A model generated the notes under the pieces. That model searched no databases, was not told the origin of the DNA, and saw only the letters and a list, made by a program, of their open reading frames with translations. From NCBI GenBank assembly GCA_963777315.1, contig CAVZQC010000002.1, forward strand, positions 736,001 through 800,000: 64,000 nucleotides of DNA, written 5' to 3'. Of this stretch, positions 59,571 through 64,000 are shown piece by piece. Both the position numbers and the translations under genes were made by a program. This DNA comes from Vulcanimicrobiota bacterium. Lineage in GTDB: Bacteria > Vulcanimicrobiota > Vulcanimicrobiia > Vulcanimicrobiales > Vulcanimicrobiaceae. Numbering within the stretch: position 1 is the first letter of the stretch; each line of letters starts with the position of its first letter.

Positions 59571-60542
59571 ATGAAAGCCGTACGCCTGCACGAAATCGGG
59601 GGCCCCCAGAACCTACGCGTGGAGCAGGTCGAGCGGCCGCAGGCCCAAGCAGGCGAAACGCTGGTGCGCGTCCATGCCGCGTCGCTCAACCGCCGCGACG
59701 TTTTCATCACGCAAGGGCTCTACCCCAACATCCAGCTCCCGCGCATTCTCGGAGCGGACGCCGCCGGCGAGGCGAACGGCAAACCCGTCGTCGTCGATCC
59801 GACCATCGGCTGGGGCGGCGACGAGCGCGTTTGGGAGGGCGGCGCCACGATTTTGGGAATGCCGCGGGACGGTACGTTTGCCCAGTTCGTCGCCGTGCCC
59901 AGCGGCAACGTTCACGCCAAGCCGGCGCATCTTTCCGACGAACAAGCTGCAGTGCTCCCGCTTGCGGGAGTAACCGCATTTCGGGCCCTCTTCACGCGCG
60001 GCCGACTGCGCGCCGGCGAAACGGTGCTGGTAACGGGCATCGGCGGCGGCGTTCAGACGTTCGTGCTGCTGTACGCGAAGGCGGCGGGCGCACGCGTGGC
60101 GGTCACGTCCAGTTCCGTGGAAAAACTCGAACGCGCGAAAGCGCTTGGCGCCGATGCCGCCATCGATTACGCCGCCGATCCGCAGTGGCACAAAACCGCG
60201 CGCAAGCTGCTGGGTTCGATCGACATGGTGGTCGATTCGGCCGGCGGCGAAACTTTTGCCAAAGCGCTGACCATAGTGCGGCCGGGGGGGCGCGTGGTGA
60301 CGTACGGCGGTACGGCGGGCGATGCGAACGTGAAGATGTTTCCGGTATTTTGGAATCAGCTCGACGTTCGCGGAACCTCGATGGGCAGCCCGGCGGATTT
60401 CCGCGCGATGCTCGAGTTCGTGAACGAGCACCGCATCGTGCCGGCGATCGATTGCGTCTTTGCTATGGACGACGCGATCGCGGCGGCGCAGCGCATGAGC
60501 GAAGGCGATCAGTTCGGCAAAATCGTGCTGCGGGTGGACTAA
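59571..60542 (+). CDS. MDR-family NAD(P)H oxidoreductase (quinone-reductase-like)
   Basis: AASLNRRD, GADAAG, VTGIGGGV, GTSMGS, FGKIV. Confidence 0.88.
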   Translation: MKAVRLHEIGGPQNLRVEQVERPQAQAGETLVRVHAASLNRRDVFITQGLYPNIQLPRILGADAAGEANGKPVVVDPTIGWGGDERVWEGGATILGMPRDGTFAQFVAVPSGNVHAKPAHLSDEQAAVLPLAGVTAFRALFTRGRLRAGETVLVTGIGGGVQTFVLLYAKAAGARVAVTSSSVEKLERAKALGADAAIDYAADPQWHKTARKLLGSIDMVVDSAGGETFAKALTIVRPGGRVVTYGGTAGDANVKMFPVFWNQLDVRGTSMGSPADFRAMLEFVNEHRIVPAIDCVFAMDDAIAAAQRMSEGDQFGKIVLRVD

Positions 60543-60576
60543 GTCTGGACGCTCTCGGGCGCGCGGGCAACGTTTA

Positions 60577-61965
60577 TCATGCCACCCACACCGTCTGCAC
60601 GTTCGTGAATTCCCGAAGGCCGAACTGCGCAAGCTCGCGGCCGTAACCGCTCTTCTTCACGCCGCCGAAGGGGAGACGCGGGTCGGATGCAGTCATGCCG
60701 TTCACGAACACCAGCCCCGACTGCAGCCGCGCGGCGATGCGCTCGCCGCGCTCGGCGTCGGCCGTCCAGACGTTGTTGCCCAAGCCGAAGCGGGAGGCGT
60801 TGGCAAGCGCAACGGCTTCGTCGGCATCGCGCGCCTTTGCGATAGCGGCTGCCGGGCCGAACGTTTCCTCTTCAAACACCGGCATCTCCGCGCTTACGTC
60901 CGCCAGAATCGTCGGTTCGTAAAAGGCTCCGCGCGAGCCGGTGCGGCGGCCGCCGGCGAGGACGTTCGCGCCCAATGCGCGCGACGCGTCGATTTGCCGC
61001 TCGAGTTCGTCTACCAGATCGGCGCGCGCGAGCGGCCCCATCGTGACGCTGCGATCCGTCGGATCGCCGACCTTGATCCCGCGCACGTTCTCCGCAAACG
61101 CATCGCAAAACGAATCGTAAACCGGATCTTCGACGATAAACCGCTTCGCGGCGATGCAGCTCTGCCCGCAATTTTGAAAGCGGGCGCGCACCGCGGTTTT
61201 GGCCGCGGTTTGCACGTCCGCATCGGCCAGCACGATGTACGCATCGGATCCGCCCAGTTCCAGCACGCTTTTCTTGAGATAGGCGCCTGCAGCGGCGGCT
61301 ACCGCGGATCCCGCGGGTTCGCTGCCCGTGAGCGTCACCGCGGCGATGCGGGGATCGGCCAGCACGCTCTCCACCTGCGCTGCGCGAATGACGAGCGCGC
61401 CGAAGGCGCCCTCCGGGAAACCGCTCTCGCGAAACGCCGCTTCGAGCGCTTGACCGCAGCCCGTCACATTGGCGGCGTGCTTGAGAACGGCGACGTTGCC
61501 CGCAGCAAGCGCGGGAGCGGCAAAACGCACCACTTGAAAAAACGGGAAGTTCCACGGCATGACGGCAAGGATGGCGCCCAGCGGACGGTACGCGGCGTAG
61601 CTGCGCGTGGCATTCGTTTTAACGTACTCCGGCGCAAGCTGCGCGGGTGCACGCTCGGCATAATAGTCGCAGGCCCACGCGCATTTCTCGATTTCCGCCT
61701 CCGCCTCGCCCAGCGTCTTGCCCATCTCTTCCGTGACGAGCGCGGCAAGGCGCTCTTTCTCGGCGCGGAAATGTGCAGCGAGGTCTCGCAGTTTCTGCAG
61801 CCGCGCGCAGAGGTCGAATGCGCTCCACGCATGAAACGCGGCGTCCGCCGCCGCCAACCGCCGCTCGATCTCCTCCGGCTCGTGCAGTGCGTGCTGCGCG
61901 ATCGGCATGCCGGTGGCCGGATTCACCGTCGTTATCGCATCGCGTGAGGAAACCGTTGCGCTCAT
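60577..61965 (-). CDS. NAD(P)-dependent succinate-semialdehyde dehydrogenase (Sad/GabD1-like)
   Basis: MPWNFP, LELGGSD, GQSCIAAKR, EETFGP, PFGGVKKSGYGREL. Confidence 0.9.
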   Translation of the reverse strand: MSATVSSRDAITTVNPATGMPIAQHALHEPEEIERRLAAADAAFHAWSAFDLCARLQKLRDLAAHFRAEKERLAALVTEEMGKTLGEAEAEIEKCAWACDYYAERAPAQLAPEYVKTNATRSYAAYRPLGAILAVMPWNFPFFQVVRFAAPALAAGNVAVLKHAANVTGCGQALEAAFRESGFPEGAFGALVIRAAQVESVLADPRIAAVTLTGSEPAGSAVAAAAGAYLKKSVLELGGSDAYIVLADADVQTAAKTAVRARFQNCGQSCIAAKRFIVEDPVYDSFCDAFAENVRGIKVGDPTDRSVTMGPLARADLVDELERQIDASRALGANVLAGGRRTGSRGAFYEPTILADVSAEMPVFEEETFGPAAAIAKARDADEAVALANASRFGLGNNVWTADAERGERIAARLQSGLVFVNGMTASDPRLPFGGVKKSGYGRELAQFGLREFTNVQTVWVA

Positions 61966-62879
61966 TTCAATTCAAACTCCTGGACGGCATCTTCGTCCGG
62001 CGCAGACCACACGACCCAGATGCGCCCGGTTTTCATATCGTACGCGAGCGTGTGCGCATCGCCGGCGGAGCGTGGGATGAGCGTGCTGCCGAGTTTTTTT
62101 AGCACGCCGTTCTTGCCGATTGCGAGCACGTCGACCTCGCCGCCGCCCGCACAGGCGATCTGCTGCCTTAGCGGATCGAGATTGCACTGGTCGACTTTCG
62201 GCGTTATCGGCGCCGTAGAGATCAGCCGGCCTCCGGGCGTATAGACCGCTAATACGCCGTTCTTGCCGCCGGCGACGATCGTGCGGTTTGCTGCATCAAA
62301 CTGGAGAGGGTGGTTATTCTTCAGTTGCGGCGTCGGTATCGTGCGTACGACTTTGAGCGAACGCGGATCGATGACGGCGATCTCCGAGCGATCGGCGATG
62401 TTCTGATAGAGCCGGTGCGTCTGCGGATCGATGGCCAAGTATTCCGGCTTGTGTCCGGGAAGTTTCACGACGGCGATTTGCTTCATGCTGCGCGCGTCGA
62501 TGACGAAGATTCGCGTGCCGTCGTCTTCATCCGCATAGATGCGGTGCAGTGAGCGATCGTAAGCGATCGCGTCCACGTTGCCCGCGACGTCGACGGTACG
62601 AATCACGCTCTGCGAGCGGGGATCGATTTCCGAAACGGTGCGCGCGAGTCCGTCGCCGGTATAGACATGGCCCGAATCAGGATCGACTGCAACGCCGTGC
62701 ACCGGTGCGCTCACGTCGACCTGACCCAAAATTTTGCGCTTGTCCGCATCCACGATCAGCAATGCGTCGCTCCCGGTGTGCGCGGCGTAGACGCGGCGGC
62801 GAGGAGAATCAACTGCGACGTAATCGAATCCGCTGAGGATAGGAACTTGCTGCGGGGGGGCTGCAGGAAGTATGGGCAT
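61962..62879 (-). CDS. YncE-family beta-propeller protein
   Basis: FDYVAVD, HGVAVD, repeated YVTN-like blades. Confidence 0.8.
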   Translation of the reverse strand: MPILPAAPPQQVPILSGFDYVAVDSPRRRVYAAHTGSDALLIVDADKRKILGQVDVSAPVHGVAVDPDSGHVYTGDGLARTVSEIDPRSQSVIRTVDVAGNVDAIAYDRSLHRIYADEDDGTRIFVIDARSMKQIAVVKLPGHKPEYLAIDPQTHRLYQNIADRSEIAVIDPRSLKVVRTIPTPQLKNNHPLQFDAANRTIVAGGKNGVLAVYTPGGRLISTAPITPKVDQCNLDPLRQQIACAGGGEVDVLAIGKNGVLKKLGSTLIPRSAGDAHTLAYDMKTGRIWVVWSAPDEDAVQEFELK

Positions 62880-62909
62880 GCCGATTTACCTCATGACGAC
62901 GCTGGAAGT

Positions 62910-64000
62910 TTATGGAATGTACTGTTTAGGAAGACCGGCAAAGCCGGGCGGCGGAGCGTTTTTGCCGGGAATGCGGACGGGATGCAGGTGCAGGCTGCTG
63001 CAGTCCATTTTGGCGGGAAACGTGTTGACGATGCGGTCGGCAATGATCGCTGCAGATGACGCGATCGGCGCGCGCGTTCCGCGTAGACGCTGCGCATCAA
63101 ATGCGCCGCCGAGATCCGTAAGACGGGCATTGGCATCGCGCGGCCCCTCCGGCATGTACGGTTTTTCGTCCGGAAGCGAAGCCAGGGGCGGGAGATTGAA
63201 GAGCATGTCGATGAACTTTACGACCGAACCCGTATCACCCAAGTCGTGCACGACGGCGCCCGATTTAGCGTACGGCGAGATCACGATGAACGGTATGCGC
63301 GGTCCGTCCCCGCACGGATGCCCGTCCCAGCAGCGCTCGAAGCTCGGCGGCGGCGCGTGATCGTAGAATCCGCCTTCGTCGTCCCACGTGACGATGATCG
63401 CCGAGTCTTTCCAGTAGCGGCTGCGCGCGACGGCGTTCACGAACGTGGCAACGAATGATTCGGCAACCTGACGGTCGGAGTCGCCTTCACCCGGATGATC
63501 GTCGTCGCCCTGGAACTGCTTCTGAATGAACGGCGATCGATTCGCCGGACGCCAGCCGAAGCGGTTTTGATTGCTGCCCTTCACGTAAAACGCGCCGCGA
63601 TTCGGAAGCGTGCCTGCACGCACTGCGGCAAGCAAATATTTGGGCGTGGCGACGTGATTCCAAAACACGCCGTTGCGCCGCAGGTACGCGAAGTACTGCA
63701 GAGCGTTGTGGTGCGCCGAATATCCGGAAAGCGCAGGACGGTACGGACCGTTATAGCCTTCCTGAAACCAGCCCCAGGGAACCGGAGCTTTGCCGCTCTT
63801 CGCCATCGCTTGCAGATCCGCACGTACGCCTTGCGTTTCTTGCGTGGCCTCACGATCCCGTTTACCGTTCAGCGTGAGCATCACCGTTGCATAACGCTGC
63901 ACGATCTGACGTTTCTCCTTCGGCTTTTCGCCATACGGCCCGAACGGCGGATCCATGCTGTTTTCAACCGGGACGCCGGCACCGGAACCCGTATTGCTCA
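62910..64000 (-). CDS. Phosphoesterase / phospholipase C family protein, 5'-truncated by window edge
   Basis: HHNALQYF, DDHPG, IIVTWDDEGGFYDH, GPRIPFIVISPYAK. Confidence 0.85.
   Translation of the reverse strand, partial: SNTGSGAGVPVENSMDPPFGPYGEKPKEKRQIVQRYATVMLTLNGKRDREATQETQGVRADLQAMAKSGKAPVPWGWFQEGYNGPYRPALSGYSAHHNALQYFAYLRRNGVFWNHVATPKYLLAAVRAGTLPNRGAFYVKGSNQNRFGWRPANRSPFIQKQFQGDDDHPGEGDSDRQVAESFVATFVNAVARSRYWKDSAIIVTWDDEGGFYDHAPPPSFERCWDGHPCGDGPRIPFIVISPYAKSGAVVHDLGDTGSVVKFIDMLFNLPPLASLPDEKPYMPEGPRDANARLTDLGGAFDAQRLRGTRAPIASSAAIIADRIVNTFPAKMDCSSLHLHPVRIPGKNAPPPGFAGLPKQYIP

Noticed and set aside
1..64000. tRNA, rRNA, CRISPR arrays, prophage or integrase genes
   Set aside because: None recognised by eye; small ncRNAs cannot be excluded without a covariance-model search

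Overview
GC-rich, very densely packed bacterial chromosome segment of about 65 genes, mostly metabolic. The style of its secreted proteins and its leaderless-looking genes suggest a soil Terrabacterium such as Eremiobacterota/Vulcanimicrobiota (inference only). Contents from left to right: a PHA module (phaC 3' part, Rv0474-like XRE regulator, phasin-like gene); a frameshifted hydantoinase/oxoprolinase; an amino-sugar kinase/NanE operon; an A2-type caa3 cytochrome c oxidase operon with two extra small membrane ORFs; ctaA-ctaB; prfC; an MGDG-synthase-like glycosyltransferase paired with a desaturase-like gene; egtD; an osmoprotectant-type ABC transporter; ppk1; bolA-grx-rhodanese; an SSADH; and a partial phosphoesterase. 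The main accessory region (about 14.6-20.4 kb) is not visible in the ORF track. It holds two decayed, directly oriented IS3-family copies that flank a VOC gene and an intact 1239-aa Tat-exported protein of unknown function with a hydrophobic helical C-terminus, consistent with a fossil composite transposon carrying a candidate toxin/effector. Four single-base indels break three otherwise intact genes, so assembly errors are possible. No tRNA, rRNA or CRISPR array was seen.
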